A stretch of DNA of 37,465 nt from a virus. The number at the start of each line of letters is the position of its first letter. Position 1 is the first letter of the stretch. A program made the position numbers and the translations under genes. The notes beneath the pieces are model-generated. The model searched no databases. It was not told the origin of the DNA and was given only the letters and a program-made list of their open reading frames with translations. Below, piece after piece: positions 26,490 through 35,228 of this stretch. The stretch lies in IMG/VR virus record IMGVR_UViG_3300029819_000015. One strand, given 5' to 3'.

Positions 26490-29082
26490 TGATCTAAAAA
26501 GAGTCGGTCTTGTGTTCAAGGCTGATGGAACAGCTGATTTTACAAAATCATTAAAAACAATCAACGCACTGACTAGGGAAAACTACAGTGCTTTTTCTTT
26601 GGCTAAAAGTCAATGGGATAAATCAACATCATCATTGACAAAGCTAAAAGATACACAGTCATATTTGACAAAGCAAACAGAAACTTATTCATCAAGAGTT
26701 TATGCATTAAAAAGTCAACTAGAAGAACTTGAAAATGCAGAAAACAAAGATGAAAAGGCTATTGCCAATAAAAAGCAACAATTGAATAATGCAGAGTCAA
26801 GTTTGAATAAATATAAGAAACAACTTTATGAAGTAAACGCTGCTTTAGAAAGCGGTCAAGCTCAAATAGAAGAGTATGCTAAAAAGGTTGAAGCTTTTGA
26901 AAATAAGACAAAAGAAATAGGAAATGGATTAACTAAAAATGTTACTGCTCCTATTGCTGGATTAGAAGTTGCAGCTGTAAAAGTAGGTAGTGACTTTTCA
27001 GCAGGAATGAGTGAAGTATCTGCTGTTTCTGGAGCAACTGGAAAAGATTTGGAAGCTTTAAAAGATAAAGCAAAGGAAATGGGAGCATCCACTAAATTTA
27101 GTGCAAGTGAAGCTGCCGAAGCTATGAACTACATGGCAATGGCAGGATGGAACACGCAACAGATGATAGATGGATTGCCAGGTATCTTAAATCTTGCAGC
27201 TGCTTCTGGTGAAAGTCTTGCAAATACAAGTGATATCGTAACGGATGCATTAACTGCCTTTGGATTGAAAGCGGAAGATTCATCGCACTTTGCCGATGTT
27301 CTCGCAAAAACATCATCGAGCGCAAATACGAACGTTTCCTTGATGGGAGAAACATTTAAATATGTTGCTCCTCTTGCAGGAACATTAGGATTCAGCGTTG
27401 AAGATACTGCTCTTGCAGTTGGTTTGATGGCAAACGCTGGTATCAAGGGTTCACAAGCAGGTACTGCTTTGAAAACAGCTATTGCCAATTTAGCAAGTCC
27501 AACCGATTCAATGAAAGAACAGATGAAAAAATTAGGCATCTCAATTACTGATACGAATGGATCAGTAAAACCATTGATTACAATCCTAGAAGAATTAAGA
27601 ACTAAATTTGGGAAATTAAGCAGTGCACAACAGTCAGCCGCCGCAAGTACAATTTTTGGAAAAGAATCGATGTCTGGAATGCTTGCAATCATCAATGCAA
27701 GTGACAGTGATTTCAATTCTTTATATGAAAATATTAAGAATGCAGATGGTGCTGCTAAAGATATGGCTGATACGATGCAAGATAACTTGCAAGGTGATTT
27801 GACTACGCTATTTTCTGCATTAGAAGGTGTAGGAATCAAAGTATCAGAAGTATTAGAACCAGCATTACGTGATATTGTAGAAGCAATTACTGATTTGTTT
27901 TCTTGGCTTAATGGCTTGGATGATGAAATAACTAATATCATTGTAATCATTGGAACTGTTGTAGCTGCAATTGGACCATTATTGGTTGTTATTGGAACGC
28001 TTGCAGGACCAATATCAACCGCAATATCCTTGTTTGGAAAATTCAAATTGGCATTGTTTGGAGCATCTGAATCAGCAGGAGCAATAGGTACAGTAGTCAG
28101 TGCATTGAGCGGACCACTACTTGCAATCATTGCACTTGTTGTAGCAATAGTAGCTGCACTTGTTAACTTGTGGAATACAAACGAGGGATTTAGAAATGCA
28201 GTTGTCGATATTGTAACTCAAGTCATGTCGATACTACAAAATCTAGCGGTCGTTGTTCAACCGATATTTGATACATTGAAAATTGCACTTCTTGCAATCT
28301 GGCAAGAGGCATTAGTTCCCTTATGGGAAAATTTTCAAATTGTCATAGCGAACATCGTTACATTGATTTCATGGCTGTTCGATGGAATTAGTCCTATTAT
28401 CAATGCAATTGTTTCATTGATAGAAATAATTGTTATTCCATTGATTCAAGGACTTTTGACAGTCATAGTTGGTTTTGTGACAAGTTCAGCGGGATTGTTA
28501 GGTTCATTTTTATCAAGTGTATCTGGAATAATCGATGCGGTAATTCAAGCTATTCGAGGATTGATATATTTCATTACTGGAGTATTTACAGGAGATTGGA
28601 GAAAAGCGTGGGAAGGTGTCATTGATATCTTTGGTGCGATTTTCAATACGATAAGAAACGTATGTAGGGCACCAATCAATGCAGTTATAGGATGCTTGAA
28701 TGGAGCAATCAGCGGAATCAATAAAATGATTGATGGATTGAATACGCTTCATTTTGATATTCCCGATTGGGTTCCTGCACTCGGTGGTAAGAGCTTTGGA
28801 TTGAGTTTAAGTCATTTAGGAAAGATTCCTGCACTCGCTGCTGGTGGTAATTTGTTAAAAGGAAGTGCTATTGTAGGAGAACGAGGTGCAGAGTTGTTAA
28901 CTCAAATGGGAACACAAACAAGAGTAACTCCATTAACTGACTCTGGGGGTTCTAATAAGCAAGAATTGATTGATTATCAAAGACTTGCAGATGTCTTTGT
29001 AAATGCTCTTGTTAGAGCAGGATTATCAATTAAACTAGATAGACGTGAACTAGGAAAGTTGATAAGAAGTGAGGTGTACTGA
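26482..29082 (+). CDS. Tape measure protein (TP901-family core)
   Basis: 866 aa. FSASEAAEAMNYMAMAGWNTQQMIDGLPGILNLAAASGE. Long hydrophobic central region. Confidence 0.9.
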   Translation: MADDLKRVGLVFKADGTADFTKSLKTINALTRENYSAFSLAKSQWDKSTSSLTKLKDTQSYLTKQTETYSSRVYALKSQLEELENAENKDEKAIANKKQQLNNAESSLNKYKKQLYEVNAALESGQAQIEEYAKKVEAFENKTKEIGNGLTKNVTAPIAGLEVAAVKVGSDFSAGMSEVSAVSGATGKDLEALKDKAKEMGASTKFSASEAAEAMNYMAMAGWNTQQMIDGLPGILNLAAASGESLANTSDIVTDALTAFGLKAEDSSHFADVLAKTSSSANTNVSLMGETFKYVAPLAGTLGFSVEDTALAVGLMANAGIKGSQAGTALKTAIANLASPTDSMKEQMKKLGISITDTNGSVKPLITILEELRTKFGKLSSAQQSAAASTIFGKESMSGMLAIINASDSDFNSLYENIKNADGAAKDMADTMQDNLQGDLTTLFSALEGVGIKVSEVLEPALRDIVEAITDLFSWLNGLDDEITNIIVIIGTVVAAIGPLLVVIGTLAGPISTAISLFGKFKLALFGASESAGAIGTVVSALSGPLLAIIALVVAIVAALVNLWNTNEGFRNAVVDIVTQVMSILQNLAVVVQPIFDTLKIALLAIWQEALVPLWENFQIVIANIVTLISWLFDGISPIINAIVSLIEIIVIPLIQGLLTVIVGFVTSSAGLLGSFLSSVSGIIDAVIQAIRGLIYFITGVFTGDWRKAWEGVIDIFGAIFNTIRNVCRAPINAVIGCLNGAISGINKMIDGLNTLHFDIPDWVPALGGKSFGLSLSHLGKIPALAAGGNLLKGSAIVGERGAELLTQMGTQTRVTPLTDSGGSNKQELIDYQRLADVFVNALVRAGLSIKLDRRELGKLIRSEVY

Positions 29083-29915
29083 TGAAAAAATATGATATTA
29101 GATATGTTGGTAACAAAGGAACAGTAGATTTAAATACTGCTCCTTATCTTATTAAAAATATCGAAACACTATTTGAAGGTGAAATTAGTTTCAATTCTAC
29201 TTCTTATCAGCTTGACAATCGTAATGATATAGACAGCTTTTATTTTAATGGAACTGAAAAGGACATTGAAATCCAAGTATATAGAAAAAACAAAGAAGAA
29301 TTGATTAATGATCTTGATTATATTTTTGGATATGATTGTGAGATTGTTAAAGCAGGTAAGCTTTATATAAATGATTACTATGCCTATTGTTATTTCATCA
29401 AGCCTAAACCTAATTATTTTGCTAAGTACAGCAATTTAGAAATGCTAACCTATACTGTTAGGTTCTGTTCAAAATGGATAAAGGAAACAGTGATTGATTT
29501 CAATATGAATGATGATATCACTTCATCATCTGGCATGAAATATCCTTTTTCTTATCCTTTTTCATACAGAGCGGTAAAAAAAGATAGATTTGTTAACAAT
29601 ATACATTTTGCTTCTTCAAAAGCAAAGATTATTTTCTATGGACCTTGTAAAAATCCAAGGATTTCAATTGCTGACAACATTTATGCAGTCAATACGGAAC
29701 TTTTAAAAGAAGAGAGAATAGAAATTGATCCATTTGAAAAAACAGTTCTCAAGTATACCGCAGATGGTGTAGCAATCGATGTAATGGATGTTCGATATAA
29801 AAAATCAAGTATTTTTGAATTGATTCCAATTGGATTGAATCTATTTGAACAGACAACTCAATTCTCTGTAAGAGTGATTCTTTATTACGAAAGAGGGACT
29901 CCAGAATGGAAATAA
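29082..29915 (+). CDS. Distal tail protein (Dit)
   Basis: Synteny: first gene after the tape measure, with an ATGA overlap. Confidence 0.65.
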   Translation: MKKYDIRYVGNKGTVDLNTAPYLIKNIETLFEGEISFNSTSYQLDNRNDIDSFYFNGTEKDIEIQVYRKNKEELINDLDYIFGYDCEIVKAGKLYINDYYAYCYFIKPKPNYFAKYSNLEMLTYTVRFCSKWIKETVIDFNMNDDITSSSGMKYPFSYPFSYRAVKKDRFVNNIHFASSKAKIIFYGPCKNPRISIADNIYAVNTELLKEERIEIDPFEKTVLKYTADGVAIDVMDVRYKKSSIFELIPIGLNLFEQTTQFSVRVILYYERGTPEWK

Positions 29916-30982
29916 TGCACGCTAGAATTGATTCATCAACACGCAGTGATGATTTATATTTAAAGGAAATGCCAGTTATTGCAAAATTTAAAAAAGCTGA
30001 ATTCATTATAGGAAAGAAAGCATCACTAGATGATAATGATTTCTATATTGAATTATCAAAAGAATATTTTAAAAAAATGGATATTCAAAAAAATGACTTG
30101 ATTTATATTCCTAACAGTGAATTTGGTGGATTTGCTAAAAAGATACAGAACGCAGATGATTCAACTGTCAAAATCACGGGAGTAAATTGGAGATACTTCT
30201 TACATCGCTTTGTTATATTTCCAAAATATAACAGCAATTATAAAGCAAGGGATGATTATTTAACTATTGATAATAAAGAAATCCATAAAGCTCTTGAAAT
30301 ATTATTCAATAATGTTTTCTATAGTGCTTTTTTAAAACTCTATAGAGTAAGTGATAAGGATACTCAAATCAATATGACTACTTCATCAAGATATGATTAT
30401 CTCTATGATAAGATCATCAATGTGCTTGATGAAAAAAATATGAGATTAAAGGTCTATCATACTTATGATTACGATGATAGAAATATTGTTGTTGAAGCAG
30501 TTGAAAAAAATGTCATCGATGATGTATATAACAGAGATTACAGTATAGAAATCACTTCAAGTATTGATTCTACCAACTCAGTAGATACAATGATTGCTTT
30601 AGGCAAAGGAGACTTGCACGATAGAAAAATCGTTTTGATTAAGCATTCTATCGATGAAGATGGAAATGATGCATTTGAAAAGATTACGGACTTGTCAAAA
30701 GATGAAATAGGAAATATAGATTCTTCAATGTATGTCTATGATTATAAGTCATGTGAAAGTGATGATGATTTAGTAGAAAAAGCGATCGAAGAATTTAAAA
30801 ATCATCTGGAAACAAAAGAAATCAATTTAGGTGTTACTTCATTAAAAAAAGAATTAGAATTAGGTGATATCATTACAAGCGTTGACGATATCACGGGACT
30901 TTCTATTGAAACAGAAATCACTAGAAAGATTTTAACAATTGAAAATGGAATAAAAAAAATTGAATACAAGGTAGGTGAGTAA
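29906..30982 (+). CDS. Tail-associated / baseplate hub protein (short Tal)
   Basis: Synteny: second gene after the tape measure. 358 aa. Confidence 0.55.
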   Translation: MEIMHARIDSSTRSDDLYLKEMPVIAKFKKAEFIIGKKASLDDNDFYIELSKEYFKKMDIQKNDLIYIPNSEFGGFAKKIQNADDSTVKITGVNWRYFLHRFVIFPKYNSNYKARDDYLTIDNKEIHKALEILFNNVFYSAFLKLYRVSDKDTQINMTTSSRYDYLYDKIINVLDEKNMRLKVYHTYDYDDRNIVVEAVEKNVIDDVYNRDYSIEITSSIDSTNSVDTMIALGKGDLHDRKIVLIKHSIDEDGNDAFEKITDLSKDEIGNIDSSMYVYDYKSCESDDDLVEKAIEEFKNHLETKEINLGVTSLKKELELGDIITSVDDITGLSIETEITRKILTIENGIKKIEYKVGE

Positions 30983-31484
30983 TTTGTCACAAAAGGGAAT
31001 TACAATCAATACTACTGATGCAGGGCATGTTGATGCAAGTGATCATGCTCTTTTGTTTAGTGCTATTTTTGGAATGAATGGAATTTTAAATGTCGGTTCA
31101 AAAATGGAAATATCTAAACAGTCAGACAATAAAATAAGAATCATGGATGGAATGTATATGATGTCTAATGGTGTCCTAATAAGAATCGAAAACTATGAGG
31201 ACATCACAATTACAAGTGGTACTTTAAGACAAAAAAGAAAAGATATCATTATTGCAGAATACATTAAAAATGGAAATGGAACGGGTGATGATGTAGCTAA
31301 GATTAGAGTTGTAAATGGAACTTATTCATCTGCTAATCCTGTTGAACCGACTTTGGTAAACAATGGAACAACTATTCAAGAAAAATTAGCTACATTATTG
31401 ATCAATGAAACAACGATGACTATTGATTCAGTTTCAGCTAAAGTCATGCCTGTTCTAGCAAATGCAGTATTTTATAAAGATTAA
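30975..31484 (+). CDS. Tail/baseplate structural protein (hypothetical)
   Basis: GTG start (or TTG at 30984) after aaggtagg. 169 aa. Confidence 0.5.
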   Translation: MSNLSQKGITINTTDAGHVDASDHALLFSAIFGMNGILNVGSKMEISKQSDNKIRIMDGMYMMSNGVLIRIENYEDITITSGTLRQKRKDIIIAEYIKNGNGTGDDVAKIRVVNGTYSSANPVEPTLVNNGTTIQEKLATLLINETTMTIDSVSAKVMPVLANAVFYKD

Positions 31485-31512
31485 AAAAATAGTAAATTGA
31501 AAGGAAAATATT

Positions 31513-32406
31513 ATGGCAATTAAAACAGTACAAGCAACAATTAATGGAGTACCTACTACTCTTACTTTAAATCCATCAACTGGAAAGTATGAAGCTACGA
31601 TTACTGCTCCGACAAAATCAAGTTACAATCAAAGCGGTGGATATTACAATGTAACAGTTAAAGCAACTGATACAGCAGGAAACAGTACATCTAAAGATGC
31701 AACTGATGCAACTTTAGGAAGCAAATTAAAATTAGTTGTAAAAGAAAAAGTTGCACCAACAATTACAGTTACTTATCCAACTGCATCAGCATCAACTACA
31801 AACAACAAACCTACATTCACTTGGAAAGTTTCAGATGACGATTCTGGAGTTAATTCAAATACTATTGGAATCACAATTGATAGTGGTTCAAAAATTACAT
31901 CTGGAATCACTAAAACAGCTACTACTGGTGGATATGAATGTTCATACACTCCAGCTACAGCTTTAAGCGATGGATCACATACAGTTAAATTCAATGCATC
32001 TGATAATGATGGCAATGCTGCTACTCAAAAATCAGTTACATTCAAAGTTGATACAGTACCACCAACATTAAATGTTACTAGTCCAGCTGAAGGCTTAGTT
32101 ACTAATAACGCAACAGTTACTGTTAAAGGTACTACAAACGATGCAACTTCATCACCAGTTACTGTTAAAGTAAATGGAACTGCAGTTACAGTAGACGCTT
32201 CTGGTAACTTCTCAACTACAGTTACATTAACTGAAGGTTCAAATACAATCACCGTTGTAGCAACAGATAGTGCTGGTAAAGCTACTACAGTTACTAGAAA
32301 AGTTACATTAGATACAAAAGCACCAACAATCACTGATGTTTCAATCACACCAAACCCAGTTGATGGTGGTAAGACATTTGTCATTGCTGTATCTGTAACT
32401 GACTAG
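31513..32406 (+). CDS. Ig-like (Big/cadherin-like) repeat tail fibre or decoration protein
   Basis: Repeated Thr/Val-rich beta modules: VKATDTAGNSTS, FNASDNDGNAATQKSVTFKVDTVPPT, VVATDSAGKATTVTRKVTLDTKAPT. SD gaaagga. Confidence 0.7.
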   Translation: MAIKTVQATINGVPTTLTLNPSTGKYEATITAPTKSSYNQSGGYYNVTVKATDTAGNSTSKDATDATLGSKLKLVVKEKVAPTITVTYPTASASTTNNKPTFTWKVSDDDSGVNSNTIGITIDSGSKITSGITKTATTGGYECSYTPATALSDGSHTVKFNASDNDGNAATQKSVTFKVDTVPPTLNVTSPAEGLVTNNATVTVKGTTNDATSSPVTVKVNGTAVTVDASGNFSTTVTLTEGSNTITVVATDSAGKATTVTRKVTLDTKAPTITDVSITPNPVDGGKTFVIAVSVTD

Positions 32407-32408
32407 TT

Positions 32409-32696
32409 ATGGTTGTAAAGGTTATAGGAAAAACTGATACGTTTACTGTAATCTTTGATAGAATCGATGAAAAAAGATGGAATGCATTAGTTCCTGCAAA
32501 CGTCGCAGGTGAATATATCATGGATTTATATGCTTACGACGATGCAGGTAATGTGGGATATATGGCAACAGCAATGTTTACTGTAGATACATCTAACCTA
32601 TGCTTCCATCTTGAAATCATCAATTATCAAAGCTGTATCAGTCTTTGTAATGATTATATTTGTGAGATCAAGGAGGTGCTACCATGCAGAATTTAA
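32409..32696 (+). CDS. Hypothetical tail-module protein
   Basis: 95-aa ORF, tightly packed. Confidence 0.5.
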   Translation: MVVKVIGKTDTFTVIFDRIDEKRWNALVPANVAGEYIMDLYAYDDAGNVGYMATAMFTVDTSNLCFHLEIINYQSCISLCNDYICEIKEVLPCRI

Positions 32697-32959
32697 TAAA
32701 AATGTATGCAGGAGAAAAAAGGAAGATACGTCTTTTTGTTCATTCAAGAAAAAAGCCCGAAGATACTTTTATCATTAGAAATGCAAAAGCTGAAATCTAT
32801 CTCTATGGTGATTTGATGCAAACGATTGAATGTGAAATCGATGAGCATGATCTTATTTTTTTATTAGGCATCGAAGAAAGTGGAAATTACAAAATGATTA
32901 TTACTTATGTTATTGCAGATGAAGTCATTAAAAATAAATTTGAAATTGAGGTGAGATAA
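32684..32959 (+). CDS. Hypothetical tail-module protein
   Basis: SD aaggaggtg upstream. 91 aa. Confidence 0.55.
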   Translation: MQNLIKMYAGEKRKIRLFVHSRKKPEDTFIIRNAKAEIYLYGDLMQTIECEIDEHDLIFLLGIEESGNYKMIITYVIADEVIKNKFEIEVR

Positions 32960-33120
32960 TGGGATATAAAATATATAATGTTGCATTATCAAAGCAAAAT
33001 GTAAGCGCAGGAGAAAGACTGACAATTTCAGTTGATATCATTACATGGGATTGGTTAAAGAAACAAATGACATGGAATTCATTGAAAAACAAATTCAAAT
33101 GGAGTGATTTGATTGGCTGA
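32959..33120 (+). CDS. 53-aa ORF (below the track cutoff)
   Basis: ATG overlaps the previous TAA. SD gaggtgag upstream. Confidence 0.45.
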   Translation: MGYKIYNVALSKQNVSAGERLTISVDIITWDWLKKQMTWNSLKNKFKWSDLIG

Positions 33121-33289
33121 TATCCCATCAAAATTAACAGTTCCAAGTGATATTACAATGTCAGATCCTGCGGATATTAAAAAATTACAAGATGAAATAA
33201 TTGCATTGTATAAAGCAGTCAATCAGTTGATTGATGTTGATGCTGAACAAAATAAAAAATTAGACAATGCAGTATATTACAAAGAGTAG
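33113..33289 (+). CDS. 58-aa coiled-coil ORF (below the track cutoff)
   Basis: TTG start 8 nt after ggag. ADIPSKL...IKKLQDEIIALYKAVNQLIDVDAEQNKKL. Followed by a terminator. Confidence 0.4.
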   Translation: MADIPSKLTVPSDITMSDPADIKKLQDEIIALYKAVNQLIDVDAEQNKKLDNAVYYKE

Positions 33290-33309
33290 ATTGATTTCTA
33301 CTCTTTTTC
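33284..33309 (+). terminator. Rho-independent terminator ending the structural operon
   Basis: gagtaga (33284..33290) pairs with tctactc (33297..33303), followed by ttttt. Confidence 0.7.
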
Positions 33310-33357
33310 TTTGGAAGGAGAAAAATATGAGAGATTTTGAAACACGTGAGTGCGTTG

Positions 33358-33382
33358 CACACACACACACACACATACACAC
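33358..33382. repeat. Dinucleotide microsatellite (CA)9 T (AC)3
   Basis: Read directly. It lies inside a 23-codon mini-ORF (33327..33398) that has a strong SD ggaaggag. Confidence 0.95.
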
Positions 33383-33485
33383 GACTTACACAAATTAGAG
33401 AAGGTACATCAAAGTGCCTTTTCTCATTCTTTAAAAAGATTGGTGGTGACAAGCATTTAGATTAGTTTTTAATCTGAATGTCAAT

Positions 33486-33860
33486 ATGCCAAAACTTATT
33501 GATAAAGATGAAAATGAATTGCTTAATTTACAAATGTCTACAGATGAACATTGGACGGGTGAATATTGGGTTGATGGTAAAAAGATTTATGAAAAAATCA
33601 TTACATGGACTGGTCTAAGCGTTGGAGTAAGCACAATCAATCATTCAATCAATAACTTAAACGAGTTTATTGATTATGAAGTCACATGTTCCAATGGAGA
33701 AGATTTCTATAGATTTCCTGTTATTTATTATTCTGGTGGTAATAGCGGAACATTCTATTGTACGTATTTTATTATGAACGTAGATAACATTCGCTTTGCT
33801 AACAATTACAGTTGGGCAAATTATAAATTTAAAGCAATTATTCGTTACACAAAAAAATAA
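33486..33860 (+). CDS. Small receptor-binding-like protein, type A
   Basis: LLNLQMSTDEHWTGEYWVDGKKIYEKII is shared with 34794..35168. No clear SD. Confidence 0.55.
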   Translation: MPKLIDKDENELLNLQMSTDEHWTGEYWVDGKKIYEKIITWTGLSVGVSTINHSINNLNEFIDYEVTCSNGEDFYRFPVIYYSGGNSGTFYCTYFIMNVDNIRFANNYSWANYKFKAIIRYTKK

Positions 33861-33948
33861 AGGCACTAATATCTTTTCTTATTTGATTTTTATTAAAAGA
33901 ATTAAAGAAAGAGAGGATCATACAAATGTCAAAAATTAAAAAATTCGT

Positions 33949-33957
33949 GGGGGGGGG
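33949..33957. repeat. Homopolymeric G9 tract
   Basis: Read directly. It is unique in this AT-rich genome and lies inside the mini-ORF 33926..33970. Confidence 0.95.
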
Positions 33958-33997
33958 TACTGTTTACTAGCAATAGTAAAAACAGTATCCTTTTACC
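33955..33997 (+). terminator. Hairpin plus T-run whose stem base includes the 3' end of the G tract
   Basis: tactgttt (33958..33965) pairs with aaacagta (33980..33987). The stem extends through G55-G57 pairing with tcc (33988..33990, one G-U pair). Followed by tttta. Confidence 0.45.
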
Positions 33998-34060
33998 TAT
34001 TATCTCTAAAAAAGGAGGTGCAGTTGAATAGCTGTACTTCTTTAAAGAGAGGTGTTATTT

Positions 34061-34393
34061 ATGGCTAAATTTGTTAATTCTAGCGGAGATGAAATCAATG
34101 CTGATGTTGTTCTTTGGAGTGGTAGTCATTTCGGCTATGGTCACGATTTAACATTAAATGATGATGCTTTGAAATTTAAAGAGTTAATCATAATTAGTGA
34201 TAATAGCGCAGTTATTGCACCAATTATTGATGGAGAGATCATATATTCTGGTGTTGTTAACAACTGGACTGTTACTAATATGGCTTTTAAATATAATCAG
34301 GCATCAAAACTGTTACACATTGATAATTGTAGATGGACAAATTCATCTAACAATCAAGGTACAACTGTTACTAAAGTCATTGGAAGATATTAG
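34061..34393 (+). CDS. Small receptor-binding-like protein, type B
   Basis: SD aaagagagg upstream of the ATG at 34061. MAKFVNSSGDEI...VLWSG...VIGRY is paralogous to 34420..34773. Confidence 0.55.
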   Translation: MAKFVNSSGDEINADVVLWSGSHFGYGHDLTLNDDALKFKELIIISDNSAVIAPIIDGEIIYSGVVNNWTVTNMAFKYNQASKLLHIDNCRWTNSSNNQGTTVTKVIGRY

Positions 34394-34419
34394 TCATAAA
34401 TAAAAGCTGTTCTCATGAT

Positions 34420-34773
34420 ATGGGGAAATTTATTAAAAATGATGGGACTAAAATTCCAGTTGGTACTGTCCTTTTTGATGGTACAACTCAAAGTGATTTT
34501 ATATTAACTGATGATATTTCTAGTTATGACTATCTAGAAATCTTCTATAGAAGTCATAACTGGGTTAATCCTAAAAGTACAAGAATGTCATTAAAAGCAG
34601 GTGCAAGAGTACATTTATCAGATGTACATGCAAGTGAAAATACTATTACAATATATGAGATGACTCTTGTTTTCAGTGGCAAAAACGTTACATTAAGTGG
34701 ATGTACTAAAGTCGTTGGTGGTGCGTATATAAATGAGGTTGAAGGAACAATATACCAAGTAATAGGATACTGA
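34420..34773 (+). CDS. Small receptor-binding-like protein, type B'
   Basis: MGKFIKNDGTKI...VLFDG...VIGY. Confidence 0.55.
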   Translation: MGKFIKNDGTKIPVGTVLFDGTTQSDFILTDDISSYDYLEIFYRSHNWVNPKSTRMSLKAGARVHLSDVHASENTITIYEMTLVFSGKNVTLSGCTKVVGGAYINEVEGTIYQVIGY

Positions 34774-34793
34774 TTGCTAGCAAATAGGAACTT

Positions 34794-35168
34794 ATGTCCC
34801 AATTTGTTAATGCAAATGGAAATACATTATTAAATCTTAAGTTTTCTTTAAAAGAACAGGAAACAGGGATGCAATGGATTGATGGTAAAAAAATATATTG
34901 CAAAGTAATACTCGTAAATGGGTTTGATAGCAAGGATAAATATGTACAACATAATATATCAGATTTATACAGAGTATTGAGTTGTGATTTATTTATGAAA
35001 ACGAGTGATGGAACAAACCACATGATACCGCGAGCACATCAAGATGAAGATCATGATGGTATTTCTATTCAAATAACTAAAACAAATTTAATATTGCAAG
35101 TTGGACAATCAAATGGTTTTGCTGATGCTACAGGATATGCAATATTGAAATATATAAAAAGCAAATAA
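34794..35168 (+). CDS. Small receptor-binding-like protein, type A'
   Basis: MSQFVNANGNTLLNLKFSLKEQETGMQWIDGKKIYCKVI. Confidence 0.55.
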   Translation: MSQFVNANGNTLLNLKFSLKEQETGMQWIDGKKIYCKVILVNGFDSKDKYVQHNISDLYRVLSCDLFMKTSDGTNHMIPRAHQDEDHDGISIQITKTNLILQVGQSNGFADATGYAILKYIKSK

Positions 35169-35170
35169 TT

Positions 35171-35192
35171 AAAGGACGAAAGTCCTTTTTTT
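35171..35192 (+). terminator. Rho-independent terminator
   Basis: aaaggac (35171..35177) pairs with gtccttt (35182..35188), loop gaaa, then a T-run. Confidence 0.8.
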
Positions 35193-35228
35193 GATGCCCT
35201 GGACACGGCTTAAAACTATCTAGAAAGG

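Noticed and set aside
26862-28752. Minus-strand ORFs inside the tape-measure gene (26862..27092, 27122..27355, 27129..28130 at 333 aa, 28513..28752)
   Set aside because: They are antisense to a well-supported 866-aa TP901-type tape measure. The translations are low-complexity Ala/Ser/Pro/Ile sequences typical of shadow frames, and they have no start signals.
31751-32384. Alternative-frame ORFs within the Ig-like repeat gene (31751..31966 +, 31773..32015 -, 32025..32384 -)
   Set aside because: These are shadow frames kept open by the biased ACT/GTT/ACA codon usage of the repeat gene. Their products are low-complexity Leu/Gln or Val/Thr strings.
3540-35023. Remaining short minus-strand or alternative-frame ORFs embedded in plus-strand genes (3540, 4679, 6044, 6674, 6727, 9556, 11049, 12532, 14090, 16999, 17217, 19653, 21476, 24103, 24929, 29749, 30802, 32928, 33219, 33657, 34197, 34554, 34706)
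   Set aside because: All overlap better-supported genes or conserved non-coding elements. They lack SD sequences and encode Phe/Leu/Ser/Ile-rich low-complexity peptides typical of antisense frames in AT-rich DNA.
31513-35168. Diversity-generating retroelement acting on the fibre and receptor-binding genes
   Set aside because: No reverse transcriptase gene is present and I saw no template/variable repeat pair. The paralogues differ throughout, not only at adenine-templated positions.
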